This document shows, one piece after another, positions 11,271-20,497 of a stretch of 64,000 nt of DNA. The notes under the pieces were generated by a model, which ran no database searches, was not told where the DNA came from, and saw nothing but the letters and a program-made list of their open reading frames with translations. A program made the position numbers and the translations under genes. Source of the DNA: an uncultured SAR86 cluster bacterium (lineage in GTDB: Bacteria; Pseudomonadota; Gammaproteobacteria; Magnimaribacterales; D2472); assembly GCA_902531245.1 (NCBI GenBank), contig CACADH010000004.1:21197-85196 (forward strand), given 5' to 3'. Each line of letters begins with the position of its first letter. Within the stretch, counting starts at the first letter, position 1.

Positions 11271-12489
11271 AAAACGTTTTAATCATAGATTTAATTATAT
11301 GATCATCCAAGTTTTTGATATCTTGGAAATTATTTAAGTATTCGTCCTCTATATTCATACTTTTGATCGATTCAACTAAATTTGAGTAGTCGCCAGTTGA
11401 TTTAAATTGTTTTATCTCATGATTTGATAAGTCATTTAAAAATTTATCTAATTGAAGATTAGCTAAATCTTTGGAAGACTTAAGGGAAAAATTTTCTAGT
11501 TTAGATTTAGACTCAAGAACGATTATATTCATTGCTTTCTCAGCTTCAATAGAGCGTTGTCCATAGTTATCTTGAGTGATTTTTTCAATATCATCAATTG
11601 TATACAAATAAGCTTGTTCAATATTTCTAATTTCATCTTCAATATTCCTAGGAACACCTAAGTCTATTAACAAGATTGGTTTATTCTTTCTTATTTTTAA
11701 TGCGTTCTCAATTGCTCCTTTACCAATTAAGGGTAATTCAGTTATTGAAGAAGAAATTACAATATCTGCTAGTTCAAGCTCATCATGAAGCGTATCAAGT
11801 GAAGAAGACAAAATCTCAAAGTTACTGTTTAATTTTATCTTTTTGATTGTTCTATTTACTGATTTGATATTACGTATTCCTTTATCATATAAATTTTTAA
11901 TAACGCTTTGAGAAAGAGAACCAGCTCCAATAATCAATATGTTTTGGTTTTCTGGTGCTTCAAAAATATTTTTAATTAATGTCAAGGCTAGTCCGCTTAC
12001 TGATAAAGAATTGATTCCAATTTTAGTATTTGTTCTTGCATTTTTAGCAATTTCAATAACTTTATCAGCAAAATAAGATAACTTTTTACCAACTATTTTG
12101 TATTCTTTTGCATTTTTAAGTGCAGTTTTAAATTGTCCAAAAATTTCTTGCTCACCTAAAACTTGTGAATCAATGCCAGAAGCTACTTTACACATATGCA
12201 CAAGGGCATCATGATTCGAAAGAAAGTAGAAACTATCCATAGTGATGTCTTTTACATCTAGTCTTTTAAGCGCTTCTCGTAAGACCTCTTTTGAGATGCC
12301 TGATTTACCAACCAAATATATTTCAGTTCTATTACATGTAGATATTCCAAAAAAAGATTCGAGATCATCATGAAAGACTTTTTTTAAATGACTATCCAGC
12401 AAAATTTGGTTAGACTCATTTATAATAAATTTTTCCCTCTCAGCAACATTAGAGGTCTTGTGATTTATGCCAAATAATTGTAGTTCCAT
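11257..12489 (-). CDS. hemA: Glutamyl-tRNA reductase
   Basis: MELQLFGINHKT aligns with the E. coli HemA N-terminus MTLLALGINHKT, so I place the start at the ATG at 12489 rather than the ORF-track start at 12552. Also has STCNRTEIY and IIGAGSLSQ. Confidence 0.92.
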   Translation of the reverse strand: MELQLFGINHKTSNVAEREKFIINESNQILLDSHLKKVFHDDLESFFGISTCNRTEIYLVGKSGISKEVLREALKRLDVKDITMDSFYFLSNHDALVHMCKVASGIDSQVLGEQEIFGQFKTALKNAKEYKIVGKKLSYFADKVIEIAKNARTNTKIGINSLSVSGLALTLIKNIFEAPENQNILIIGAGSLSQSVIKNLYDKGIRNIKSVNRTIKKIKLNSNFEILSSSLDTLHDELELADIVISSSITELPLIGKGAIENALKIRKNKPILLIDLGVPRNIEDEIRNIEQAYLYTIDDIEKITQDNYGQRSIEAEKAMNIIVLESKSKLENFSLKSSKDLANLQLDKFLNDLSNHEIKQFKSTGDYSNLVESIKSMNIEDEYLNNFQDIKNLDDHIIKSMIKTFFDDA

Positions 12490-12949
12490 ATTGAAAAATG
12501 TCTTTAATACTTTATTTATTTTCTTATTAATATCCTGTGCAAGTAATAACAATTATAGCAATTCGGTTTCATATAAAGGGAAAGTGCTTGTAAATCCTAT
12601 CAGTTCTGAGCAGTTATCATTTAACATTTTATTAACTAGCAATAAAAATAACACTATTATACAGATTAAGAAGCCATTTTATGGAAATGTTATTCAAATA
12701 AAAGTAAATAATTCTAAAAATTTAATGAAATATATTACGAAAGAAGGAAGTTATGAAATTAAAAGTAACATTCCAAAAAATATAGAAATTTTGATAAATA
12801 ATTGTATTTTTAAAAATAGTTTTAATGTTTCTGAGATATTAGATAATCAAAGTTTTGATCTTGAGTGCTTAAAAGAAAATGACAGAACAAATTTTTATAT
12901 CAAATATAAGAATTCATTTTACGAAGGTTTTTTAATTAAAAATGAATGA
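12467..12949 (+). CDS. lolB: Outer-membrane lipoprotein LolB (short form)
   Basis: Lipobox LLIS|C after a signal-peptide-like N-terminus. Occupies the conserved slot between hemA (divergent) and ispE. Family similarity is weak. The start could instead be the TTG at 12491. Confidence 0.65.
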   Translation: MPNNCSSILKNVFNTLFIFLLISCASNNNYSNSVSYKGKVLVNPISSEQLSFNILLTSNKNNTIIQIKKPFYGNVIQIKVNNSKNLMKYITKEGSYEIKSNIPKNIEILINNCIFKNSFNVSEILDNQSFDLECLKENDRTNFYIKYKNSFYEGFLIKNE

Positions 12950-13766
12950 AGTATTAATAAAGTCTCCCGCAAAAATTAATCTATATCTTCAAATACTAGA
13001 TAAAAGAGATGATGGATATCACAATATAAAAACTCATCTACAACTAATTGATATTTATGATCATATTAAATTTAAAGTAAGTAAAAATAGAAATATATAT
13101 ATTAAATCTAAAGAGTCGTATCTTAATAATGAGGATAACACTATTTATAATGCTGCAAAAAAATTACAAAAGTATCAAAAATGTAACAGTTTTAATGGAA
13201 TTGAAATCGAGGTTGATAAAAATATTCCAATCGGTTCTGGTCTTGGTGGGGCAAGTTCAAATGCAGCTTCAACATTAATAGTTTTAAATAAACTATGGAA
13301 CTTAAATTTGAGCAAAGATAAATTAATGAAAATTGGAGCTACTATTGGGGCAGATGTACCATTTTTTGTTTATGGCAAGAATGCTTTTGGAGAAGGTATT
13401 GGAGAAAAGCTAAAAGAGGTCGATATGATACCTGACAAGATATTAATTCTTAATCCAAATATCCACTGCTCAACAAAAAAAATGTTCAGTCTTTATGACA
13501 AATTTTTAAAAAATAATAAAAATATTTCTTTATCTAATCAAAATCATTTTTGGAACATTTATCTTGATAAAAATCAAAATATTAAAAATTTCATAATAAA
13601 TAATCAGTTAGAAGAGAAAATAAATTTAAGTGGAAGCGGCTCTTGTATGTTTATCAAGTATAAAAATAAAAAGGATATTGATAAAATTATTGAAAAAATG
13701 CCAAGTAATTGGAGACTCTTTTTCTCTAAACCATTACAATATTCGCCGATATGTTATATCAAATGA
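12942..13766 (+). CDS. ispE: 4-diphosphocytidyl-2-C-methyl-D-erythritol kinase
   Basis: GHMP kinase motif PIGSGLGGASSNAAS, N-terminal SPAKINLYL. lolB-ispE-prs synteny. Confidence 0.93.
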   Translation: MNEVLIKSPAKINLYLQILDKRDDGYHNIKTHLQLIDIYDHIKFKVSKNRNIYIKSKESYLNNEDNTIYNAAKKLQKYQKCNSFNGIEIEVDKNIPIGSGLGGASSNAASTLIVLNKLWNLNLSKDKLMKIGATIGADVPFFVYGKNAFGEGIGEKLKEVDMIPDKILILNPNIHCSTKKMFSLYDKFLKNNKNISLSNQNHFWNIYLDKNQNIKNFIINNQLEEKINLSGSGSCMFIKYKNKKDIDKIIEKMPSNWRLFFSKPLQYSPICYIK

Positions 13767-13769
13767 CTT

Positions 13770-13844
13770 TGGGGTGTAGCCAAGCGGTAAGGCAACGGGT
13801 TTTGATCCCGTCATGCGTAGGTTCGAATCCTACCACCCCAGCCA
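13770..13844 (+). tRNA. tRNA-Gln (anticodon UUG)
   Basis: 75-nt cloverleaf TGGGGTG...CACCCCA-G-CCA. Anticodon stem ACGGG/CCCGT with loop TTTTGAT. Closely resembles E. coli tRNA-Gln. CCA is encoded. Confidence 0.95.
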
Positions 13845-13871
13845 TGGTTTATAATATGTTCTGGGGAAAAT

Positions 13872-14825
13872 ATGAGTAAAAAAAAATTGGACATCTTTAC
13901 TGGAACTGCAAATCCTGAATTTGCAATAGAAGTATCTAAAATTTTAGGAATTAAAATTTCTGATGCAGATGTAGGTTACTTCTCGGATGGTGAGCTTAAA
14001 GTTGAAATTGAAGAAAACGTTAGAGGTCATGATACCTTCATAATTCAATCAACCTGCTCCCCCACTAATAAGAATGTAATGGAAATAATGCTCATTGCAG
14101 ATGCTTTAAAAAGATCATCGGCATCAAAAATTACAGCGATTGTTCCTTATTATGGGTATGCTAGGCAAGACAGGAGAGTAAGATCAGCAAGAGTTCCGAT
14201 TAGTGCAAAAGTTGTTGCAGATATGTTTGCTTCAGTTGGGATTGATAGAGTATTAACAATTGATCTTCATTCAGAAACAATCCAAGGTTTTTTTGATATG
14301 CCTGCTGATAATGTTTATGCAACAAAATTCATGGTGGACGATATAAAAGAAAATAATGACAGAAACGAAGTTGTTGTTGTATCGCCTGATGTTGGAGGAG
14401 TTGTAAGATCAAGAGCACTGGCTAAATTACTAGATGATACTGATTTAGCTATTATTGATAAAAGAAGAGATGCTGCAAATCAATCAGAAGTCATGAATAT
14501 AATTGGTAAAGTTGAAGGAAAGGTTTGTATTGTTCCTGATGATATTATTGATACTGCAGGAACTCTTTGTAACGCAGCCATTGCTTTAAAAGAAAAAGGC
14601 GCTAAAGCTGTAAAAGCATATATTACTCACCCTGTTCTATCAGGTCCGGCAATTGAAAGAATAAATGATTCTGCTATAGACGAATTGATAGTTACAAATT
14701 CAATTCCTTTAAACAAAGAGGCAGAAAAATGCAGTAAAATACGCGTCATTTCAATAGCGAATATAATTGCTGAATGTATAACTCGTTTAAGCAATGAAGA
14801 ATCATTAAGTGAAATGTTTTTATAG
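13872..14825 (+). CDS. prs: Ribose-phosphate pyrophosphokinase
   Basis: [21 protein letters not shown] and the PRPP loop [11 protein letters not shown]. 317 aa. Confidence 0.97.
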   Translation: MSKKKLDIFTGTANPEFAIEVSKILGIKISDADVGYFSDGELKVEIEENVRGHDTFIIQSTCSPTNKNVMEIMLIADALKRSSASKITAIVPYYGYARQDRRVRSARVPISAKVVADMFASVGIDRVLTIDLHSETIQGFFDMPADNVYATKFMVDDIKENNDRNEVVVVSPDVGGVVRSRALAKLLDDTDLAIIDKRRDAANQSEVMNIIGKVEGKVCIVPDDIIDTAGTLCNAAIALKEKGAKAVKAYITHPVLSGPAIERINDSAIDELIVTNSIPLNKEAEKCSKIRVISIANIIAECITRLSNEESLSEMFL

Positions 14826-14833
14826 AGGAAATT

Positions 14834-15553
14834 ATGACAGACCAAATAATATTAAATGCTGACTCAAGAGAAAGAACGGGTACAAATAAAGCTCGTGAAA
14901 TAAGAAATATTGATGGAATGGTCCCTGCAATAGTTTACGGTGATGAAAAAGAAACACTAAATATTAAACTAAAACTAAATGAATTAACCAAAGCATCTGA
15001 AAATGAACTTTTTTATACTCAAGTACTTTTAATTAAGACTGGGGATAATGAAGAAAAAGTTGTTCTTAAAGAACTTCAAAGAGATCCTGCAAAAGGTAAA
15101 TTTCTACATGCTGATTTCCAGAGAGTGTCTAGAAAAACAAAACTTAAAGTTATTATTCCTGTTAACTTTATTAATGAAGAAGAGTGTGTAGGTATAAAAA
15201 TTGACGGTGGTGTTGTTGCAAAAGCAATTCGGGAAATTGAAATTATGTGTCTTGCTGGAAATATTCCTGAGTCTATAGATGTTGATATTGAAAATCTTAA
15301 TCTTGGTGATTCAATAAGGTTAACAGAAATATCTTTACCTGAAGGTTCTGAAATTCCTGGTCTTACTGAAGAAACTAATCAAATGGTTGTTTCTGTAAAT
15401 GCTCCTAAAGCTGTTGAAGAAGATCCTATAATTGAAGACGAGCTTGAAGATGGTGAGATTTCAGATAGTGAAGAAGGCGCTGAATCAGCTGAAACAGATG
15501 ACGCTGGGTCTTCTGAGGAATCTGATAAAGAAGAAAGTTCAGAAGAGAATTAA
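14834..15553 (+). CDS. rplY: 50S ribosomal protein L25, long Ctc form with an acidic C-terminal tail
   Basis: N-terminal R...GT..AR..R..G.VPAIVYG pattern of L25/Ctc. prs-rplY-pth synteny. The last ~45 residues are E/D/S-rich. Confidence 0.9.
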   Translation: MTDQIILNADSRERTGTNKAREIRNIDGMVPAIVYGDEKETLNIKLKLNELTKASENELFYTQVLLIKTGDNEEKVVLKELQRDPAKGKFLHADFQRVSRKTKLKVIIPVNFINEEECVGIKIDGGVVAKAIREIEIMCLAGNIPESIDVDIENLNLGDSIRLTEISLPEGSEIPGLTEETNQMVVSVNAPKAVEEDPIIEDELEDGEISDSEEGAESAETDDAGSSEESDKEESSEEN

Positions 15554-15559
15554 TAAAAC

Positions 15560-16126
15560 GTGTATAAATTATGTGTCATAGGGCTTGGTAATCCGGGCTC
15601 AAAATATGATCATACAAGACATAACATTGGTAAAGATTGGCTTATAGGTTTATCTGAAAAATTTTCTTTAGAATTTAAGCACAAATCAAAATTTCAAGCT
15701 GAATTTGCTGAATCTCATGATGGTAGTATTTTATGGATAATTCCTTCGAATTATGTAAATGATTCAGGGAATACTGTCTCAAAAATTCTAAAATCAACAA
15801 ACTTAACTAACGAAAATCTTTTTGTACTTCATGATGAGCTTGATTTAAAAGCAGGTGATATAAGGCTTAAGAATGATGGTGGACATGGAGGGCATAATGG
15901 ACTGAGAGATATAATATCTAGAATAGGTAATACAAATTTTAAGAGACTTAGAATAGGAATAGGTCATCCTGGTTCTAAAAGTGAAGTTACAAATTGGGTA
16001 CTAACAAAATTCTCACCAACAGAAAAAAAAGCTATAAAATCAGCTTATATAAAATTAAGCAAAACCTTTGAATTAATTCTAAATAATGAATTAGAAGCTG
16101 TGCAAAAAATCTTACACACAAAATAA
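15560..16126 (+). CDS. pth: Peptidyl-tRNA hydrolase
   Basis: GLGNPGSKYDHTRHNIG and GHGGHNGLRDI. GTG start. Confidence 0.95.
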   Translation: MYKLCVIGLGNPGSKYDHTRHNIGKDWLIGLSEKFSLEFKHKSKFQAEFAESHDGSILWIIPSNYVNDSGNTVSKILKSTNLTNENLFVLHDELDLKAGDIRLKNDGGHGGHNGLRDIISRIGNTNFKRLRIGIGHPGSKSEVTNWVLTKFSPTEKKAIKSAYIKLSKTFELILNNELEAVQKILHTK

Positions 16127-16130
16127 TATT

Positions 16131-17219
16131 ATGGGCTTTAAATGCGGAATAATAGGACTTCCGAATGTTGGTAAATCCACCCTTTTTAATGCTTTAACTA
16201 AATCTAAAATTCCAGCAGAAAACTTTCCTTTTTGTACAATTGATCCAAACGTAGGGAAAGTTCCCTTACCAGACAAAAGGTTAAATAAAATAAATGACAT
16301 TGTAAATTCAGCAAAAATTATTCCTGCGACATTGGATCTGGTGGATATTGCTGGGCTTGTTAAGGGTGCTTCAGAGGGTGAGGGTCTGGGTAATTCATTT
16401 CTGTCAAATATAAGAGAAATGTCGGCACTTGCTCATGTTGTTAGATGTTTTGATGATGAAAATATTACACATGTTGATGGTTCAGTTAATCCATATAGAG
16501 ACGTTGAAGTAATTAATTTAGAGTTGATTCTATCTGATTTAGATTCTGTAAATAAAAGAATAAGTAAATGCGAAAAATTATTAAAAACTAATGATAAAGA
16601 TAATAAATATCAGTTTGAATTGTTAAAAGTTATTAAAAATGATTTAGAACGAGGTGAATTAATTAATATAAAAAAATTTAATGCAGAAGAAAAAAATATT
16701 ATTAAACAATTTCAATTACTTTCATCTAAGCCAACCTTTTATATCGGTAACATTTCAGAATCAGAAAAATCATCAGAAGAATTAAGTAAATTAGAAGAAA
16801 TTGCAAATGAATTAAATTCATTTGTTATACCGGCATCAATCAAGATTGAACAAGAGATATCATTACTAAAAGAAGAGGAAAAAAAAGAATACCTTGAGTT
16901 AATGGGAATGGATGAACCAGTTCTTAATAAGATCATATTTGAAGGATACAAAATGCTTGGTTTAAAAACTTTCTTTACTGCTGGTCCTAGTGAAATTAGG
17001 GCGTGGACTATAAAAGATGGATTCTTAGCACCAAATGCTGCTGGTGTAATTCATACTGATTTTGAGAGAGGTTTTATCAAGGCTGAAGTAGTAGATTATG
17101 ATGATTTTATTCAATGCAATGGAGAGCATGGAGCTAAAGAGAAAGGAAAGTTAAGATTAGAAGGAAAGGATTATTTGGTTCAAGATGGAGACATTATCCA
17201 TTTTAAGTTTAATGTTTAA
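16131..17219 (+). CDS. ychF: Ribosome-binding ATPase YchF
   Basis: P-loop GIIGLPNVGKSTLFNALT, DIAGLVKGAS and a C-terminal TGS-like domain (GFIKAEV). 362 aa. Confidence 0.96.
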   Translation: MGFKCGIIGLPNVGKSTLFNALTKSKIPAENFPFCTIDPNVGKVPLPDKRLNKINDIVNSAKIIPATLDLVDIAGLVKGASEGEGLGNSFLSNIREMSALAHVVRCFDDENITHVDGSVNPYRDVEVINLELILSDLDSVNKRISKCEKLLKTNDKDNKYQFELLKVIKNDLERGELINIKKFNAEEKNIIKQFQLLSSKPTFYIGNISESEKSSEELSKLEEIANELNSFVIPASIKIEQEISLLKEEEKKEYLELMGMDEPVLNKIIFEGYKMLGLKTFFTAGPSEIRAWTIKDGFLAPNAAGVIHTDFERGFIKAEVVDYDDFIQCNGEHGAKEKGKLRLEGKDYLVQDGDIIHFKFNV

Positions 17220-17225
17220 AAATAA

Positions 17226-17253
17226 TTGACTCTTTTAATTATAAGATTATCAT
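17226..17253 (+). promoter_or_regulatory. Candidate sigma70 promoter for tRNA-Met
   Basis: TTGACT (17226-17231), a 16-nt spacer, then TATCAT (17248-17253). The tRNA 5' end lies 10 nt downstream. Motif-only call in AT-rich DNA. Confidence 0.4.
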
Positions 17254-17262
17254 TCAACGATT

Positions 17263-17339
17263 GGCTATGTAGCTCAGATGGTTAGAGCACAGCACTCATA
17301 ACGCTGGGGTCGGTGGTTCAATTCCACCCATAGCCACCA
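17263..17339 (+). tRNA. tRNA-Met, elongator type (anticodon CAU)
   Basis: 77 nt, GGCTATG...CATAGCC-A-CCA with anticodon loop CTCATAA. Acceptor and D arms closely match E. coli elongator tRNA-Met and not tRNA-Ile2 or the initiator. Confidence 0.9.
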
Positions 17340-17351
17340 TTTTGAAAAAAT

Positions 17352-17585
17352 TTAGTCTTTCTTAAGGTATGCGAGAATTATTATCAAAGAAAGTAATACT
17401 AAAAGACCATCTTCTCCAAGCATTGCAACAATTGAAGATACATTTTTATATACATCTCCTACAAAGGGTGTATCTGTACCCATTAAAATACCAAGTAATA
17501 AAGAAACTACGACAAGAGGTATTAAAACTTTTGTTAATTTATTTAAAAGAGCTGTTATGCCTGCGAATGTAAATTTAAAGTTCAT
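17352..17585 (-). CDS. Small hydrophobic membrane protein, 77 aa, two predicted TM segments, unknown family (paralog of 17643..17858)
   Basis: ORF with two long hydrophobic stretches (LIPLVVVSLLLGILMG and GLLVLLSLIIILAYL) and a charged C-terminus (KKD). Aligns along its length with the upstream ORF. Confidence 0.6.
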   Translation of the reverse strand: MNFKFTFAGITALLNKLTKVLIPLVVVSLLLGILMGTDTPFVGDVYKNVSSIVAMLGEDGLLVLLSLIIILAYLKKD

Positions 17586-17598
17586 AATTTTAATTTAA

Positions 17599-17626
17599 TT
17601 TAGGAAGGGTTTTACCCCTTCCTAAA
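17599..17626 (-). other. Intercistronic stem-loop between the two small-protein genes (terminator-like or processing/stability hairpin)
   Basis: TTTAGGAAGGG-ttttac-CCCTTCCTAAA forms a perfect 11-bp stem with a G/C-rich 8-bp core. It is the most G/C-rich hairpin I noticed in an intergenic region of this window. No clean U-tract follows on either strand. Confidence 0.5.
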
Positions 17627-17642
17627 AGGTTAGTTAAGTTAA

Positions 17643-17858
17643 TTACTTAACAAGACTCATTAAGATTGCTAAGACTAGAAGTCCTACAACACCATTAGAA
17701 GTTAACATTTCAACTAATGCTGTTATATTACCAATCACGTCAAGTCCAAGAACATCGCCAAAGACTAAAGCTCCAACAATTCCTAAACCAAGCACTCCTA
17801 TTAGCACGTCAGTTAAATTACCAACTATGCCGTTTATCATCTTCCATGCATTATCCAT
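17643..17858 (-). CDS. Small hydrophobic glycine-rich membrane protein, 71 aa, two predicted TM segments, unknown family (paralog of 17352..17585)
   Basis: A strong SD-like GGGGGGA lies ~7 nt upstream of the ATG. Segments LTDVLIGVLGLGIVGALVFG and VVGLLVLAILMSLV align with the downstream paralog. Confidence 0.65.
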   Translation of the reverse strand: MDNAWKMINGIVGNLTDVLIGVLGLGIVGALVFGDVLGLDVIGNITALVEMLTSNGVVGLLVLAILMSLVK

Positions 17859-18007
17859 AATTATTCCCCCCTATTAAGGTTTTTTATGTTTTGCAGGATC
17901 AATCAGAACATAAAATATGAGGTGAATCAAATTATGTTAAGAAAAACTAGACACAAGATTTGACTTTTTAAAATTTATCGAATACTGGAATACTTTATAT
18001 GCTTTTT

Positions 18008-20113
18008 TTAGTCAGATTTTTCTTTTTTGTTAGTTATTGCCTTCATTGATAATTTCATCTTACCTCTATCAAACCCAATAAGCTTTACTTCAATTTCTTG
18101 TTCTTCTTTAAGAACATCTTCTACATTTTCAGTTCTTTCTTCAGATATTTCAGAGATATGAAGAAGACCATCCTTGCCAGGTAAAATATTAACAAAAGCT
18201 CCAAATTCAACAATCTTAACTACTTTACCCTTATATATTTTATTTAACTCAGGTTCTTCAAGAATTTCTTCAATAATTGCTAAACATTCTTTCATTGATG
18301 ATTGATTTTGACCAAAAACTGAGACAGTCCCATCATCGTTTACGTCAACTGTTGCTCCTGTTTTTTCTTGCATACCTTTTATTACTGCACCACCTTTGCC
18401 AATAATCTCTTTTATCTTATCTTTATCAACCATAAATGTTTTCATGGCTGGAGCATTTTCAGATAAATCTTTAGCAGATGAAATTACTTCATTCATAATG
18501 CCTAATATATGATTTCTTGCATTTTTAGCTTTTGCTAATGCAGTTTCCATAATCGATTCATTAATACCTTTAATCTTGATATCCATTTGAAGAGCGGTGA
18601 TACCAGATTCAGTTCCGGCAACTTTGAAGTCCATATCACCTAAATGATCTTCATCTCCTAAGATATCAGTCAGAACAGCAAAATCATCGCCTTCTTTAAT
18701 AAGACCCATGGCTATTCCTGCAACTGGACTTGAAAGAGGTACACCAGCATCCATTAATGATAATGAAGTTCCACAAACAGAAGCCATTGAGCTTGAGCCA
18801 TTGGACTCTGTAATTTCTGAAACAACTCTCATAGTATAACCAAATTCATCAGTATCAGGTAATACAGCTTTGATAGCTCTTTTTGCTAGATTTCCATGTC
18901 CGATTTCCCGTCTTTTAGGACCCATTGGCATTCCTATCTCACCAACACTATATGCAGGAAAGTTATAATGAAGCATAAAATTATCAGAACCTTCGCCTTC
19001 TATTGCTTCAATTCTTTGAGCATCTCTTGAAGAACCAAGAGTTGCAACTACAACAGCTTGAGTTTCACCTCTTGTAAATAATGCAGAACCATGTGCACTA
19101 GGAAGGACGTCTGTTTCAACAAAAATAGGTCTCACTGTATCAAGATCTCTTCCATCAATTCTTGGCTTATTATTTAATATATTTCCTCGAACAATATTTT
19201 TTTCTAATTCTTTGAAGGAACTTAAAACTTTGCCAAGTTCAAACTCATCTAAATCTGAATTATCTTCAACTATTTTATTTTTAATATTGCCTAGAGCTTC
19301 ATTTCGTTCTGATTTATTAGATATTGTAAAAGCCTCTGTTATTTGTTCTTTATATTTATTTTCGACATCAGAATAATAGTTAGTTGCGTCTTCATCTTTT
19401 TCAATAATCCAATCCTCTTTTCCAGCCTTGGTTTTTAATTCATTACATGCATTGATAACAGCTTTCATTTCTTGATGGCCGAAAAGAACTGCACCAAGCA
19501 TGAGGTCTTCATTTAATTCTTTTGCTTCAGACTCTACCATTAAGACCGCTTCATCAGTTCCAGCCACAACCATATCTAGATAAGAATCATCTAGTTGTTC
19601 AAATGTTGGATTTAAAACATATTCTCCATCAATAAATCCTACTCGAGCTGCTCCCATTGGACCGTCAAAAGGCACTCCTGAAACAGAAAGTGCAGCAGAT
19701 GCTCCTATCATTGCAGCGATATCTGGATTCTGAGACTTATCAGATGACATGACTGTACTAAATATTTGTACCTCATTCTTAAAGGTATCTGGAAACATAG
19801 GTCTAATTGGCCTGTCTATGAGTCTTGAAGTTAATGTTTCTCTTTCAGTTGGTCTTGCTTCTCGTTTGAAAAAACCACCAGGAATTCTTCCGGTAGCATA
19901 AAATTTTTCTTGATAGAAAACTGCTAAGGGAAAGAAATCCTTTGCCGGATCGGCTTCTTTCTTTGCTACAACTGTAGTTAATACTACTAAATCACCGATT
20001 GTGACCACAACTGCCGCCGTAGCCTGACGAGCAATTTTATTTGTTTCAATTTTTACTTGTTGATTTCCATACTCAAATTCTACACATGTAGATTCTAATT
20101 TATTATTTTCCAC
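18008..20113 (-). CDS. pnp: Polyribonucleotide nucleotidyltransferase (PNPase)
   Basis: 701 aa with two RNase PH domains ([33 protein letters not shown]) plus KH and S1 domains at the C-terminus. rpsO-pnp synteny. GTG start. Confidence 0.97.
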   Translation of the reverse strand: MENNKLESTCVEFEYGNQQVKIETNKIARQATAAVVVTIGDLVVLTTVVAKKEADPAKDFFPLAVFYQEKFYATGRIPGGFFKREARPTERETLTSRLIDRPIRPMFPDTFKNEVQIFSTVMSSDKSQNPDIAAMIGASAALSVSGVPFDGPMGAARVGFIDGEYVLNPTFEQLDDSYLDMVVAGTDEAVLMVESEAKELNEDLMLGAVLFGHQEMKAVINACNELKTKAGKEDWIIEKDEDATNYYSDVENKYKEQITEAFTISNKSERNEALGNIKNKIVEDNSDLDEFELGKVLSSFKELEKNIVRGNILNNKPRIDGRDLDTVRPIFVETDVLPSAHGSALFTRGETQAVVVATLGSSRDAQRIEAIEGEGSDNFMLHYNFPAYSVGEIGMPMGPKRREIGHGNLAKRAIKAVLPDTDEFGYTMRVVSEITESNGSSSMASVCGTSLSLMDAGVPLSSPVAGIAMGLIKEGDDFAVLTDILGDEDHLGDMDFKVAGTESGITALQMDIKIKGINESIMETALAKAKNARNHILGIMNEVISSAKDLSENAPAMKTFMVDKDKIKEIIGKGGAVIKGMQEKTGATVDVNDDGTVSVFGQNQSSMKECLAIIEEILEEPELNKIYKGKVVKIVEFGAFVNILPGKDGLLHISEISEERTENVEDVLKEEQEIEVKLIGFDRGKMKLSMKAITNKKEKSD

Positions 20114-20139
20114 GATTTTCCTTTTTAATTTTTATTGTA

Positions 20140-20409
20140 TTACCCTCTTAGATTCAACTTCTTTACAAGTTCTGCATAACTTTCAGCATTTTTCTTCTTT
20201 AAATATGCTAAAAGCTTTCTTCTGAGGTTTACCATTCTAATTAGACCATTTCTGGAATGATGATCTTTTTTGTGACTTTTGAAATGATTTTGAAGTTTAT
20301 TTATATTTTCTGTTAAAAGTGCTATTTGCACTTCTGGAGATCCAGTGTCACCTTCATTTCTCTTATATTCATTGACTATATTTGCTTTCTCTTCAGTTAA
20401 TAATGCCAT
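20140..20409 (-). CDS. rpsO: 30S ribosomal protein S15
   Basis: 89 aa with [17 protein letters not shown]...[10 protein letters not shown], canonical S15. Confidence 0.97.
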   Translation of the reverse strand: MALLTEEKANIVNEYKRNEGDTGSPEVQIALLTENINKLQNHFKSHKKDHHSRNGLIRMVNLRRKLLAYLKKKNAESYAELVKKLNLRG

Positions 20410-20497
20410 TTTTAATGTCCTTGTAATGTTTTTCTATGAACAACGCTAACCTCACATTACTAAAGTAAGCGAGCGCATATTATAACTTATTACGCTA

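Noticed and set aside
12490-12552. N-terminal extension of hemA (MLLLAQDINKKINKVLKTFFN...)
   Set aside because: Alignment with the HemA N-terminus supports the ATG at 12489. The extension is antisense to the lolB signal peptide.
17263-17339. CAU-anticodon tRNA as tRNA-Ile2 (lysidine substrate of TilS)
   Set aside because: The acceptor stem GGCTATG/CATAGCC and the body match elongator tRNA-Met, not tRNA-Ile2 (GGCCCCT...).
17340-18007. Integrated mobile element at tRNA-Met (att-site duplication)
   Set aside because: I looked for a direct repeat of the tRNA-Met 3' end (…TTCAATTCCACCCATAGCC) downstream of the two small ORFs and found none. There is no integrase, and the segment is only ~0.67 kb.
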